The notes below the pieces were generated by a model, which saw nothing but the letters and a program-made list of their open reading frames with translations, made no database searches and was not told the origin of the DNA. From Vicugna vicugna (Eukaryota), in NCBI GenBank assembly GCA_013265495.1, contig MU057880.1, positions 2,200,527 through 2,264,526 on the forward strand: a DNA stretch of 64,000 nucleotides, given 5' to 3'. The translations under genes were made by a program, and so were the position numbers. Positions 24,922 through 37,528 of this stretch are shown here, piece by piece. Position 1 is the first letter of the stretch. Each line of letters starts with the position of its first letter.

Positions 24922-25559
24922 GTGAGTTTAAGTTGGATGAGCTTAATTTGTTGAAGATTTTGCAAAATAAACATTTTAAAGATCCTATTTTCCAACTCGG
25001 CTCAGGAGATTCTATATTTATGTGTTTATTTTTTACTATTTAAGTGAAAGACCAGACTCAAGGCTTAAATGGAAATTTTTACCTTCATGAAGTTTTTAGC
25101 ATAGTTGGTGTACAGGTGCGACGGCACGAACGTGATTGAAATGCTGTTCACTGGAACCTTTGCCGTTTGCTCGTGTTTTACCCTTGGCTGGGAGAGAGAA
25201 TTGGACAGTTTTCTTTCGTGTCTATAAACACCTGTAACTTAACTGATTAAGTGTCTTTTTTAGGAAAGACAATGCTCTGAGAGCTTGGCGATCCGATATT
25301 TTAGGAAATGACAGGAGTAAATGGTAATTTTTAAAAGATAACCCCACACTTATACCCAATTAGTTAAAAATGCATCGAGGCATACAATGGTGAATGTATG
25401 GGAACCACTGAATTAGTTGTGTGGTTGTGAGTTATAGCTCAGTAAAGCTGTTACAGAAAGTAAATTATTGACCCAGGGATGCAGGTGGGCTGCCTCCTAG
25501 CCGAAGGATGGGGGTGGGTCAGGAACTGGGAAGCATCTGGATAGATAAACATGTGGCGG

Positions 25560-26133
25560 TGTTACCGAACTGGTCAGGTCCTAGCCCGGCCCGAGACCCC
25601 CATCCTGGTCCTGGAGGTTCGTTTTCTGATCGGATTTGCGCAGCCAGTGACAAAGCCGATGCAACAGCAGGGGCTTTGTTCTGTGGCCAGAGAACGGAGC
25701 CCTGGGAACCTGGTTCGCAAATCAGCTTCTCAACCCAATTCTGGCGGAGACAGCCAACAGATAGAGGGTGGAGGTAAGTGGGAGGGGACCGGAACGAGAG
25801 GGAAGGACATTCACGAGTTATCTGAGAACCGGGTTGTGGTTTGGACCCTGAACTGACAGCAGCTCTCCTTTTCCAACCTTGTACAGGCTTTTCTGTTGTT
25901 GTCATGGCAACTGGCAACTGTCATGATGTGATGGGTGTGTCATTTAGCAGTTAGTGTATTACAGTGAGCGCATGAGGCTCAGGGTCCCCTGGACGTCAAA
26001 TCCGCCACCATCTCGGGCCTGGTTGGTTCTAACCGGGTTTGTTTTTTTCTCGTTGCAGCTTCCTCCTGAAACTTAGATCAGAGCAACTGGTTTCCGTTGG
26101 AGGGAAGGGCGGGGCACGATCCTGGGAGCAACA
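25560..26133 (-). mobile_element. ERV1-class LTR (probably solo)
   Basis: Starts tgttaccga, like the 59174 LTR. Contains gtcatggcaactg...ctgtcatg...gggtgtgtcatttagc...ggttggttctaacc and elevated CpG. Right boundary uncertain, no clean TSD. Confidence 0.6.
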
Positions 26134-27629
26134 GCCTCCGTAGCACTAGTTGACACCCAGGATGTGTAAGAAGTCTTTCAGGAGCTCTCCTCTTTGAGAG
26201 AAAGGAGACACACAAGACTTGCTTTTTAAAGGCAGGCTTTTTAAACCTAGACTTTACATCTGGGTTTTTCTGCTCTGGGATCATGGGAGTCAAATTCCCA
26301 ACTGGAATCCTGTGTCCAAAATGTGAGGATGGATGTGGGTTGTATCTCAAAAGATTGTAATGATCAAAATGAAGGGAAAATAGCTCTTAAAGTTTTTTTT
26401 AACCCCTCTAGCTTTTTTAGCAGCATTCCTTTAATTTTATAGTCTATAATTAAAAATATATATATGTAGACTATCTGGCATCCTACTGACTACCTCCAAT
26501 GTAGAGAAAAATGTAAATATTTATATGATATGGACCGTATACCACATGCTTTGTGAGGTTGCCCCTCCCCTTAATATTATGATTGAATCAATTTTATACA
26601 TTTTTGTTGCCACTGTAAAATCTCAGTGAAGTGGACAAATGAAGCTAACTTAATTCATGGTAGCCTTTTAGAATGCTGCTGATTATCTGAATTTAGGGAG
26701 CCTTTTTGGCTTTGCCTTCCATGCTGTTTCCTCACCTACCAGAAAGACAGAAGGAAAGGCAAGAGGGGAGGAGGCAGGAGGGGGCTGCCCAGGGACGGAG
26801 GGAAGATGAGAGGGTGTTTTCTAAGGACGTTTGTCTTGAGTGCAGTAACCACTCCCTAATCATGAGAGGCTTGGATTCACAAATCTGTGAGCTTTGGGCA
26901 TCTACTTTGTACAAGGACTGAGTTCCTCAGTGGAGCTACATTCAGTGTCAGAAAACACAGGACGCCCAGCCTTGAGGAGTGTACCAGCTCGTTCCGCAGG
27001 TGGTGGCCTTGGCCCAGTGAGACACACGCAGAGTCACCTATTTGTAACTTTGGTGACTTTCTTGTTTCCCTCATTCAATCTCCAGATTTCACTCCAGTTT
27101 GCTGGAAGTTAGGTGCCCTGTTCCTGTCCTAGATTCCCTTTTTCTGACCTCCAGAGAAAATCAATTTCCAAGGTTTAAACTAAATTCACTCTCTTGTCTC
27201 CTTTGTTTTTGTCTACATGCTAACAAAATTCTCCTTAATCCCTCAAATCCGGACACCAACCCCTCTTTTTTCATATCGAAACCTTGATCCAAAACCATTT
27301 AATATCTGCCCAAGAATATAAATATTTGTTGTGTAGCTGTAACAAATTCTCCAGTCTCGTACTATTGTATATAAGTCATAAATCTGTCTACCCACAGGAA
27401 ATATAGCTTCCCCCTCCCAGTAATTAGATTATCTCCTGTATCTCCCCACCCGCTCTGTGCAGCTGTCTGGGGTAATTATACATGTGTTGTGCCCAAGGGT
27501 TTAATCCTGGCATCAGACAGAATTGGATTCATTTCGCATCTCTGCCACTTCCTCGCCGTTCTGGGCTGAAGGTTTGTGTCCCCACCAGCGTCATTCACTG
27601 AAGTCCTGGCCCCAGGTGTGATGGGGTTA

Positions 27630-28030
27630 TTAGTGGGTGGGGAATGCTGGCGGGAATGTAAAATGCAGCCACTCTGGGAAATAGTTTGGCATTTTCTTAC
27701 AAAGCTCAACATGTACTTACCATCTGATCCAGAGCTGTGCTCTTGGGCATTTATTCCAGGTAAATGAAAGCTATGTTCTGACACACAATCTGTATATGAA
27801 GTTTCACTGGGAACAAGCTAAGTGTCTTACAACCAGTGGATGGTCAAAAAAAAAAAAAAATCTGGCGTGTCTGTGCAGTGAAATATTTCTCAGCAATAAA
27901 AAAGAGCAGATTATGGATAAAGTACAGCCACTGGGTGGATGGTAACATGACAGTTAATGAAAAAAAAAACAGTTTTAGAAAGGTATGTGATGTATGGCTC
28001 CATTTATATAGAATTTTCTATGTAAACTGG
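27630..28030 (+). mobile_element. Old L1 (L1ME/L1MC) fragment
   Basis: gctggcgggaatgtaaaatgcagccactctgggaaatagtttggcattttcttacaaagctcaac...aaatatttctcagcaataaaaaagag. Confidence 0.8.
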
Positions 28031-28304
28031 AGAGCTAGAAACCAGACAGGACAGGGTGGAGGATTCTGTGACTGGTGTGGTGTTTGGAACTCACACGCTC
28101 ACACACAGGAGAGCGTGCTCGGGAGACCCAGGCAGCGCCGCGGCCTGGTTATCAGCCTGGTTTGGCTGTTGTGCTAGAATTGCTGAGGATGCCGCCGCTG
28201 AGAGGAGCCGAGTCAGTGACAGTCAAAGGGCCAACGCTTCTGCAACTTGTTGAATCTGTAGTCTTTCCAAAATTTTTAGAATTAAAAAAGTTATAAAGTA
28301 TAAT

Positions 28305-28748
28305 AGTGTCAGTTGCCCAGGGTCATGGTAACAAATGACCACATACCACGAGGCTTAGAATAATGGAGGTTCCTCCTCTGACAGTTCACAAGGGCAGAGG
28401 TCTGAAATGAAGATGTCGGCAGCGTTGGTCCCTCCTGGTGGCTCTGGGGAAGGTCCCTTTCCCAGTCCTCTGGTGTTCCTGGTCCTGTGGATTCACTCCT
28501 CCAGTCTCTCCTGTGTTCACGTGGCTTTCCCCTGTGTCTCCCCACGTCACGTCTCCATCAGCTTTCTCTTATAAGGACCAGTCATTGGGTTTAGGGCCCA
28601 CCTTAAGTCCAAGATGGTCTTATCACCAGACCCTCAACTGAAGAATCTGCAAGTTCTTTCTGCAAGAAGTTATTTCCATGAAAAGTCCCATTCACGAGTA
28701 CAGAGATTTAAGACCTACACGGTCTTTTGGGGGGAACAAACCACCAGA
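28305..28748 (-). mobile_element. ERVL-MaLR LTR (MLT1B/C-like)
   Basis: gtaacaaatgaccaca...aggtctgaaatgaagatgtcggcag...tctcttataaggaccagtcattgggtttagggcccacc...ttttggggggaacaaacc. Confidence 0.85.
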
Positions 28749-29179
28749 ATAACCGAAAACAAAGAAAAATTACCCACAATTCCATTTTCCAGCGATAACC
28801 ACTGTTTTAATATTGGAATATATCTGCATGTGGATATTTATGGAAAAATACCTATGCTTGTATAAACGAAGTCATGTTATAGCCAAGGTTTTATATGTTT
28901 CTTTTCTCGTTTAGCTTTGTATCATGAACATCTTTTTCAGGTCAACTTGAACTGAATGAAATGTAATTATAATTATATAGATGATTGTAAATTATACCAC
29001 GTCAAATGTTTGTGCCTCTGACTCTCTTGACTCATTCTTTTCCTTGGAATTTTCTTTCATAGTCTTCATGTTTGCAAGGCAAAGAGAATTTTGCATGTCC
29101 CAACTTGGGAGATGTTTAGATACAGGAACTTGTGCTAGTGCTGTTTGTATAGGACTGAAATTTCACTTCATTTTAGGAA

Positions 29180-29508
29180 TTTTTTCAATAGCAGCTTTAT
29201 TGAGATTTAATTCATATATCTTACAGTTCAGCCATTTAAAGTGTAAAATTCAGTGATTTTTAGTATGTTCACAGAATTGTGCAACTGTCACACAGTGAAC
29301 TTTAGAATACTTCTATGACGTCGGAAAGAAAGTGATACCCTCCAGCTAGTATCTCCGTCTCCCCTCATGTCCTCCTCCCTAAGCAGAGATTGATATACTT
29401 TCCATCTCTAGATATTTGCCTATTCTGGACATCTTGCATCAGTGGAATCATGTATATAAATATGTATATGTGTTTTTCTGTGATGTAATTCTTTCCCTTA
29501 GCATAATG
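29180..29508 (-). mobile_element. L1MB-type 3' end
   Basis: cagctttattgagatttaattcatat...catttaaagtgtaaaattcagtgatttttagtatgttcacagaattgtgcaac. Confidence 0.85.
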
Positions 29509-30286
29509 TATTAAAGTACAGTCAGTTACAATATGTCAATTTCTGGTGTGCAGCACAATGTCCCAGTCATGCATATACATACATATATTCATTTTCATTT
29601 TCTTTTTCATTAAAGGTTTTTACAAAATATTAAATATAGTTCCTTGTGCTATACAGAAGAAATTTATTTTTTAACCTATTTTTATATATAGTGGCTAACA
29701 TTTGCAAATCTCAAACTCCCAAATTTATCCCTTCCCATCCCTTTCCCCCAGTAACCATAAGATTGTTTACTGTGTCTGCGAGTCTGCTTCTGTTCTGTAG
29801 ATGAGTTCATTAGTGTCCTTTTTTTTTCTTTTTTTAGGTACCACATATGAGTGATGTCATGCTATTTTTCTTTCTCCTTCTGGCTTACTTCACTTAGAAT
29901 GATGATCTCTGGGTCCATCCATGTTGCTGCAAATGGCATTATTTTATGGCTGAGTAGTATTCCATTGTATAAATATACCACATATTTTTTATCCAGTCAC
30001 CTGTTGATGGACATTTAGGTTGGTTTCATGTCTTGGCTGCTGTATATAATGCTGCTGTGAACATTGGGGTGCCTGTGTCTTTTCTAATTAGAGTTCCCTC
30101 CAGATATATGCCCAGGATTGGGGTTGCTGGATCATATGGTAGCTCTATTTTTAGTTTTTTAGTGAATCTCCATACTGTTTTCCATAATGGCTGCACCAAA
30201 CTACATTCCCACCAGCAGTGTAAGAGGGTTCCCTTTTCTCCACACTCTCTCCAGCACTTATTGTTTGTGGATTTTTAATAATGATG
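29509..30286 (-). mobile_element. Camelid-type L1 3' ~0.8 kb
   Basis: aagtacagtcagttacaat...ggctgagtagtattcc...cattcccaccagcagtgtaagagggttcccttttctccaca. Confidence 0.92.
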
Positions 30287-30742
30287 GAAAGAATAACTTT
30301 TTTTCAGTGGTCTTGCTCCTACAAACCCATGACCTCAGACTAATCATGAGACAAACACCAGACAAATCTCAGTCAAGAGACATTCAACAAAATGCCTGAC
30401 TGGTACTCTTCAAAACTGGTAAGGTCGGCAAAAAGAAAAAAGAAATGTCTGAGAAATTGTCACAGTAAAGGGAAGCCTAACGTAAGATAATATCTAAGTA
30501 TTACTGTGATCTCCTGGAGCAGAAAAGGGATGGGACTGTCAGTAAAAACTAAGGACACATGAATACATGTTTGACATCTGTTAGTGGTAACACATGTCAG
30601 TCTTGGTTCACTGACGACAAAGCTACCATAGAGTGTTAAGATGCTGATGATGGGGAGACAACGTTTAGGGTTAAGGGGCACTCGGTACTGTCTTCACAAT
30701 TTTTCTATAAATCGCAAATTTCTCTAAAATAATAAAATAAAA
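30287..30742 (+). mobile_element. L1MC-type 3' end
   Basis: aatcatgagacaaacaccagacaaatc...tactcttcaaaactg...ttcacaatttttctataaatc...aaaataataaaataaaa. Confidence 0.8.
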
Positions 30743-32049
30743 CTACATGTAATTTTATGTAATTGAAGTGAAAATCCCTGTTGCCTGATGTCACTGAGCT
30801 ACAAGTAGACCCCACTGGGCACTGCCCCCACCTGGGGACTCCCTCCAACAATGCCAAGGGATAGCCAGCACCCAAGTCTGCAGAGAGGAAGTTGCAAGAG
30901 CTTGTGAATCGTAAGTCTATTTCCACTTTAATTATTTCCCCCAACCTCAAAGGGAAACCTGTGTCCATGCTCAGAATTTCTTTAAAGTACTTCATAAATC
31001 ATTTTTTATAAACTGCCCCCCTAAGCCACCTTCCAAGAATGCTTAATTACAACGCACTAAAGGACCAGAAAGTCAGCCCCCGTTACGCATTTGCCTGCTC
31101 TTAAAATTATGGTTTTACATTCCGCTGTATCCCACGTTTTACAAGTGATTATAAAAAGAGTAAGTCGAAGAGAGAAAGTGATTATTCCTACAAAAGATGA
31201 GACCAGACGACCCCTCACCATGAGCCGCAGACACTCGAGAATTTAAGCAAGGAAACAGAAACTGGATTTCAGGTACTTTATTTAACAATTGGTACCATTG
31301 TAATGGAAAGGAAAAGCAGGAAAAAGCGTGAACTTAACCATTTTCTAAATTTAGGACATTAACAAGTCCAAGTAGCAGTATTTTTAAGTGATTTGTATCT
31401 GTTTAGGTACAGTCAGCCCATGAAATTTTCTATTGTTTGTTTTTAAAATTTCTGACCTTATAAGTCCAGAAATGCCAGCATTTAAAAGTATTTTATGTGT
31501 CTGTTACATGTATATATACAAACAGACATTAAATGCATGTGTGTAGATTATAAACGTATGTCTCTCGATAGTTTCACACACACACGCCCCCCTCCACCCC
31601 ACAATACAAGCAGACAAAGGAGGGGGCACCTTTCTCCGAACAATACTGGTTTCGTGTTTTACTTTTGGTCACTGACACATTTGCATAATGGACTTGTAAG
31701 CAGAGCTGATCTGTGTGTTCAAGGCCATTTATCTGCAGTAAATTAAATGTGAGATGCTGTAGGACAATTGTGTTATTTTATTCCATTTGAGAGAGAGAAT
31801 GCCTGCTTTGGGTGCCCCTTGGGTAATACAGAAAGGCTTTACTAATGTAATTAAAATAAAGCTGAGCTCTTTAAACTCTAAAGAGATTCACTTTGGTATC
31901 TGGGCAAATAGTATTTCTTTGGGAATGAATCAGAGATTGGATGCAGATCCTTCTAAACAGTTGACGGAAAGGCGAGAAGCTGATACATGTTTTCCACTCC
32001 AAGGTGTGAACCACTTGATAATTTAGAAGATCTGTTAGACAGCAATTTG

Positions 32050-32400
32050 GAGCGGACGTGCAGTATTTTAGACAGAATAAGAAGCTTTGAAATCTTAGGC
32101 AGAAGTATGAATCCTGGTTCTGGTACCGAAGTCTCTATGTCATTTGGGTGAATTTTATTAATACCTTTGAGCCACAGTTGAGTTCACACATCTGCATGAT
32201 GCGGGAAACTCTCATATCTTTGGGAAACAATATCAACACATGTGATTTTGTGAAATACCTTCCAAGGTGTCTGAGGAGTCAGAATTCAAGAGTAGAGCCA
32301 AAGCCATACAGGGCTTTAGTGGTGATTAGGTGAAATCGTACGTGTGAGATGTCTACAGCTGCGTCCAGCACGTGGTGGGCACTTAGGTGGGGTCCTCCTT
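32050..32400 (+). mobile_element. MIR fragments
   Basis: agctttgaaatcttaggcagaagtatgaatcctggttctgg...tttgggtgaattttattaatacctttgagccacagtt. Confidence 0.55.
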
Positions 32401-32540
32401 GCTCAGCGGTGCTCTCAGATTGCTGTGCTCGTGTTCTCCACAATTAGGGTTAATTCCTTCGGTGAAGCTTGAAGGTTGTGTGTGAAATCTGTGTTTATTT
32501 CTAGCTGGAAGCCTACTCTTAGGCCTAACAACTCCATCCT

Positions 32541-33080
32541 TTTGTTTGTGTTTTTAATTTAAAAATTTTTTTATTGAACTCTAGTCTGTTTACAAAGTTG
32601 TGTTAATTTCTAGTGTGCAGCATAGTGATTCGTTTATACATCTATATATTCATTTTCATATTCCTTTTCATTATAGGTTATTACAAGATACTGAATCTAG
32701 TTCCCTGTGCTGAACAGTACGACTTTGCTGTGTATCTATCCTGTACATAGTAGTTTGTGCTAAACCCAAACTCCTAATTTATCCCTCCCTCCCCCCCATC
32801 CCCCTGGTGAGCATAAGGCTTAAGTTTGTTTTCTATGTCTGTGAGTCTGTTTCTGTTTTGTAAATAGGTTCATGTGTCCTTTTTTTTTTAGATTCCACAT
32901 ATAAGTGAGATCTTATGGTGTTTTTCTTTCTGTCTGGCATACTTCACTTAGCATAGCACCATCCAAGTCCGTCCGTGTTGCTGCAAATGGAAGTATTTCA
33001 TTCTCTTTATGGCTGAGTAGTATTCCATTGTATAAATATACCACAGCTTCTTTATCCAGCCATCTGTCAAGGGGCGTTGA
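32541..33080 (-). mobile_element. L1 3' end, 5'-truncated
   Basis: L1 3' UTR on the minus strand. Probable TSD core ctccatcc near 32532 and 33085. Confidence 0.9.
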
Positions 33081-33249
33081 GCGTCTCCATCCCTTCATAT
33101 TTCACATCTGGGTAAAGGAAGCCCAAACCCGGTCTGCTGGCCCTGCAGTGCCCAGGTGCTCCTGCTGCTACGACACATGAATTTAGGCCAGGATGCTGTT
33201 CCTTTTCTGATGTTTGATTTGCTCAGATGGTAATTTTCCTTTTAACTTA

Positions 33250-33515
33250 CACTTTTATTCAGCAAATACTTACTGGGCACCGATTATGCAGTGCAAAATA
33301 CAGATAAAGTCTCTCCGTTCTCAACGAGTTTTCGTCCCTGTGAGGGTGGACAGCCAGTAAACCTGTAAGTGTGGATGTGCTGGGTGGTGAGGAGTGCTAA
33401 GAGGGAAGTAAAGCAGGAGTGACAGATGTGCAGGTTGGCAGGTGCTGTTTCAGTAGTGAGGGAAGGCTTCACAGAGGAGGCACTTTTGAGCTTTGGGGTA
33501 AAGTTGATGGTTGGA
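33250..33515 (-). mobile_element. L2 3' end
   Basis: ttattcagcaaatacttactgggcacc...gggaaggcttcacagaggagg. Confidence 0.6.
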
Positions 33516-33849
33516 ATGATTGTAAAACACATGCGCACGTGAGTGAAATTTATTTAAAGCTTGTTTATAGCTCCTAAAATTTATGTCACACAAACATCTT
33601 AAGAGAAAATTGATTCCTATTTGTATCTTATAAGTGATGGAACCCTCCTGCCATCATTAACTGAGGCTAGGCCCCCAGTCCCTCTGTCCTCCCCTGCTGC
33701 AGTGTCCTTACCTTGCTGATGGCACTCTTAGACTCCCTCTGCATGTAAATCCTTTGCAGACTTTCTAGAGAGACCTCTAAGAGCAGCGTCCTTGCTGAGG
33801 ACCCTCCCGAGACTCCCCACTCTCTCTAAGGGCATTTTTTATAATGCAT

Positions 33850-34015
33850 GGATGTCCCAGCATCAAGCCACCTGTGGTCCTTGTCAAAAACGCAAGTTCC
33901 CTGGTATAGACACTGATCTAATGAATCAGAGCCTCTAGAGGTGGGACCCCCATGAATATTTATAAGAAACAGCCCAGATGACTTACATGCTTGATACGAT
34001 CTGAGCATCATCAAT
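33850..34015 (+). mobile_element. hAT-Charlie MITE (MER5A-like)
   Basis: gcatcaagccacctgtggtccttgtcaaaaacgcaagttccc...tgaatcagagcctctagaggtgggaccc. Confidence 0.65.
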
Positions 34016-36637
34016 GTATTAGATAAAATACCAGCTCTGGAACGGGGTGTGCAAAGCTCATTCTTTACTCTTCATGTCACCTGTTTCATCTCTGCCTCCT
34101 GCACCCAGTCCCCTGGCCTCTCCTGCTCATCCTTTAAGACCAGAGACAGCAGCATCTCACCCCAGGGTCTCATCTGTTCTCCCCCCGCCCAACTGCACAT
34201 GCTTCTCTCTGTCAGTCTTCTCATCCCGTTCTCAGCCCCTCCCTCCCTTTAGATGATGACGATCTTGAGGCTGGAGAGTCTTGTTTACACAACACATAGC
34301 AAGGTATCTGGTATAAGGTACACCTTTAAAAAAATCTTTCAAAAAATAATTTTAGATGGATGAATAAATGGCACCACCTTCTAGTGGACAGGGAGTCCAC
34401 TATGGAAGTTGAGCCTGCGTTTTAGGTAGGTCACACAAGAGATAGACAAGAAAGAGAAGGTCAGAACTGGACAAGTTGAATTCTAGTAAGAATTTCTAAA
34501 ATTGGATGTTTAGGAGCTCACGACTGGAGATTCGCCTTAGATCTAGGAAGAGATGATTGGCACCGTGGGGCCACAGCCAGGTGGATGCAGAGGCTTTATG
34601 TTTTACACATATTTGGTACAACTTGCTGTTTATTTATTTAACAAAGATGATCAGGGTATTTATTTAGAGACACACAGTCATGATCTAAAGTCTAGAAATG
34701 AACTGTCTGGAAGATACCAGCCAAGCTGGGGTCATTGAAGTAATGTGATTAGATGATCTTCTAGAGGAAGGAATGGACAGCTTAGGATGTAGATGATAGA
34801 GAAGACCTGTATTTAAAGAGAAACTGAGAATGAGGGCTTCAGAGGAGAAAGCAGAGAGAGGGACTGGCAGCCGAGGGGAGGTTTTATGGAGATGGGGAGT
34901 GGTCGGCTGTGACAAATGCTGCAGAAAGATCCAGTGAATTGAGGGTTGAAAGCTGTCTTTTGGACTTTGCATTTAGGAGTCAGCAGGGACATTAAGACAA
35001 CCAGTTTTCATGGGGCGACGGGGTTGGGAGCCCTTGGGGTGGCCAGTGAAGGTACTGCCATTGAGAATCACCTCCGTGCTCAGGAAGCTTTAGACCGAGG
35101 GCAGCAGGACGGCGAGGAGGCGTGCCCTTCCCTGGGTTGGTTTAGTTTGGTTTTCCTTGTGGTCCCTGTAACTTGAGCATGTGTAATTGCCCAAGAGTTA
35201 GAAATCCTAGGAAAAGGAAAGTTCCTTAGGAACCAGGAAGGATTGGACGCTACTGACATGGAGAGGAATGGAGGCTGCGTCCCTGAGCGTAAGTGGAGGA
35301 ACGAGGGACGTTAGCTTGAGAAGGGGACACGTGCCTCTTCCTCCGGAGTGAACAGGGAAGAGGGGACACAGGCCCCCGTCGGGAGACATGCGTGTGGAGA
35401 AGTGAGAGAGAGAGACCTGGAAGGTCGGTCCACTCCAGGCTCCTTTATCTGATCCTCCGTGGTGGGTGCTGATCACTTTCAATAGTGCAAATAGCCTGTT
35501 TGCTGAGATACCACAGAGCTTCACCTCATCCATCGCACCCAGAGTCACAGCTGTGTGGTGGGAAGCTGATCAGTCTGATCCTAAAGCCAACAGTTAGGAC
35601 TCGAAGTCTCAGTCACTGATGAAGGGTTAAGGCAAATCTCTTCGCAGCGCGGGTTTCATGTGTCTTACTGTCGCTTGTGTTTGGTGATTGGGTTTGCTCA
35701 TTCAGATCTCTAAAAACGGAAATAACTTCACTTGCAAGTAACATATACCTTCCAAAATGCTGTGCTCACGAGTGTGAATATTGATGGTGCCTTTCTGGAA
35801 ATCTGTCTAGCCCTTCAGCTGTCTCAGCTTTCCCCCCTATTTTCAACTCACATTTAATGTAGAACAAGGAACGGTTTTGCGCCCTGGCGGGGCTCTTTTC
35901 TGATAGGTCGGGTAGAACACATTCATTCAGTTTCATATGGACAAAGTCATGTGATTTGGGGCCAGAAAATGTGTGTATGTGCAGGGAGCAGAGAAGGCAG
36001 ACTGAAAAGTCAAAAAAGAAGGCTGACCTAAAGCATGTTGAGTTTGAAAGAATGATTTTGGCTATCATGTTGTTAATTTGAGCAGTTTCCTTTGTTGAAT
36101 TATCAAAGGAGATGCAGCTTTCCAATAACTCAAAAAAGTGAGACCACATCTCTGTTTTTGAGTCAAGATGATTTTCTGTATACCTCAATAAAACCTAAAA
36201 AATTAATCTCACTGCCTTTCCCTCCCCAAATCAGCTTCTGTCCTCTGTCCTGTTATGCATGGAAACCTGAGCATCTGTAGATTTCTGCATTCCTGCAGCA
36301 GGGCATTGACGCGCCTTCTTCACCGTAGGTATTAAATTATGCTCCTCGTGAAGTGAGTAAGATCATTTCTGCCAAAAAGGGATGCCTTCATTTTAGCAGG
36401 TGATCCAGAGACGTATGTTGTTGGTCTTTTTCTGGCTCCATTTCAAACCTTCATTAGAATCTACTCTTCTTAAAAAACAAAACAAAACAAAAAACCCCCC
36501 CAAAACTTCACTTCCAGATATGTCACCCAATGGTGCTGAAAACTTGCTCGGTTTTCTCATAAAGCATCTTTCAGTAGATGCCATGTTTCTGGGCTTCACT
36601 GGATGCTTGAGTAGCTTCCTGTCTTCTGACTCCTTGG

Positions 36638-36659
36638 GTTGCCATGGTAACTGACGTCC
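36638..36659. promoter_or_regulatory. RFX X-box (GTTGCCATGGTAAC) directly followed by CRE-like TGACGTCC
   Basis: 14-bp near-palindromic match to the RFX consensus in a repeat-poor island. Function not shown. Confidence 0.55.
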
Positions 36660-36884
36660 AGTAAGCACAGCAATATCTGCATAGTTTTCTGTTTCCACCT
36701 CTTAATGCACATGTAACTTGTTAGATGTATGACTTTTTCAAAGGTAGAACTGAAATTCTGATTTGTTGATATTGTGTTGTATCCATCTATTAGTTAAAAT
36801 GTGTCAGTTTAAAATTGTGATAAAGCTTTGAATAAGTAGGAGCTGTGATGTGGGCTGGAGGAATCCACATCAGGTGGCATTTCT

Positions 36885-37528
36885 TTTTTTTTTTAATTGA
36901 AGTGTTGTCAGTTTACAATGTGGTGTCAATTTCTGGTGTACAGCATTATGTTTTAGTCATATATATGCATACATATATTCGTTTTCATATTCTTTTTCAT
37001 CATAGCTTACTGCAAGATGTTGAATATAGTTCCCTCTGCTATACAGAATAATTTTTTGAAATCTATCTTATATACAGTAGTTTGTATCTGCAGATCTTGA
37101 ACTCTCAATTTATCCCCTCTTATCCACTTTCCCCCAGTGGTAACCATAACTTTGTTTTCTATGTCTGTGAATCTGGTTTTGTTTTGTAAGTAAGTTCATT
37201 TGTGTCTTTCTTTTTTTAAATTCCACATATGAGATATCATAGGGTATTTGTCTTTCTCTGTGTGACTTCCTTCACTTAGAATGATGATCTCTAGGTCCGT
37301 CCATGTTGCCACAAATGGTATTATTTCATTCTTTTTTATGGCTGAGTAGTATTCCATTGTATAAATATACCACAGCTTCTTTCTCCAGTCATCTGTTGAT
37401 TGGACTTTTAAGTTGCTTCCATGTCCTATATATATTGTAAATAGTGCTGGTGTGAGCATTGGTGTGCATGTGTCTTTCTGAGTTAGAGTTCCCTCTGGGT
37501 ACATGCCCAGGAGTGAGATTGCTGGATC
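36885..37528 (-). mobile_element. L1 3' end, 5'-truncated
   Basis: Poly(T), then L1 3' UTR/ORF2 end (ORF 37196-37630 contains DPAISLLGMYP...[16 protein letters not shown]). Degenerate TSD ggtggcatttct / gggggcctttct. Confidence 0.92.
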
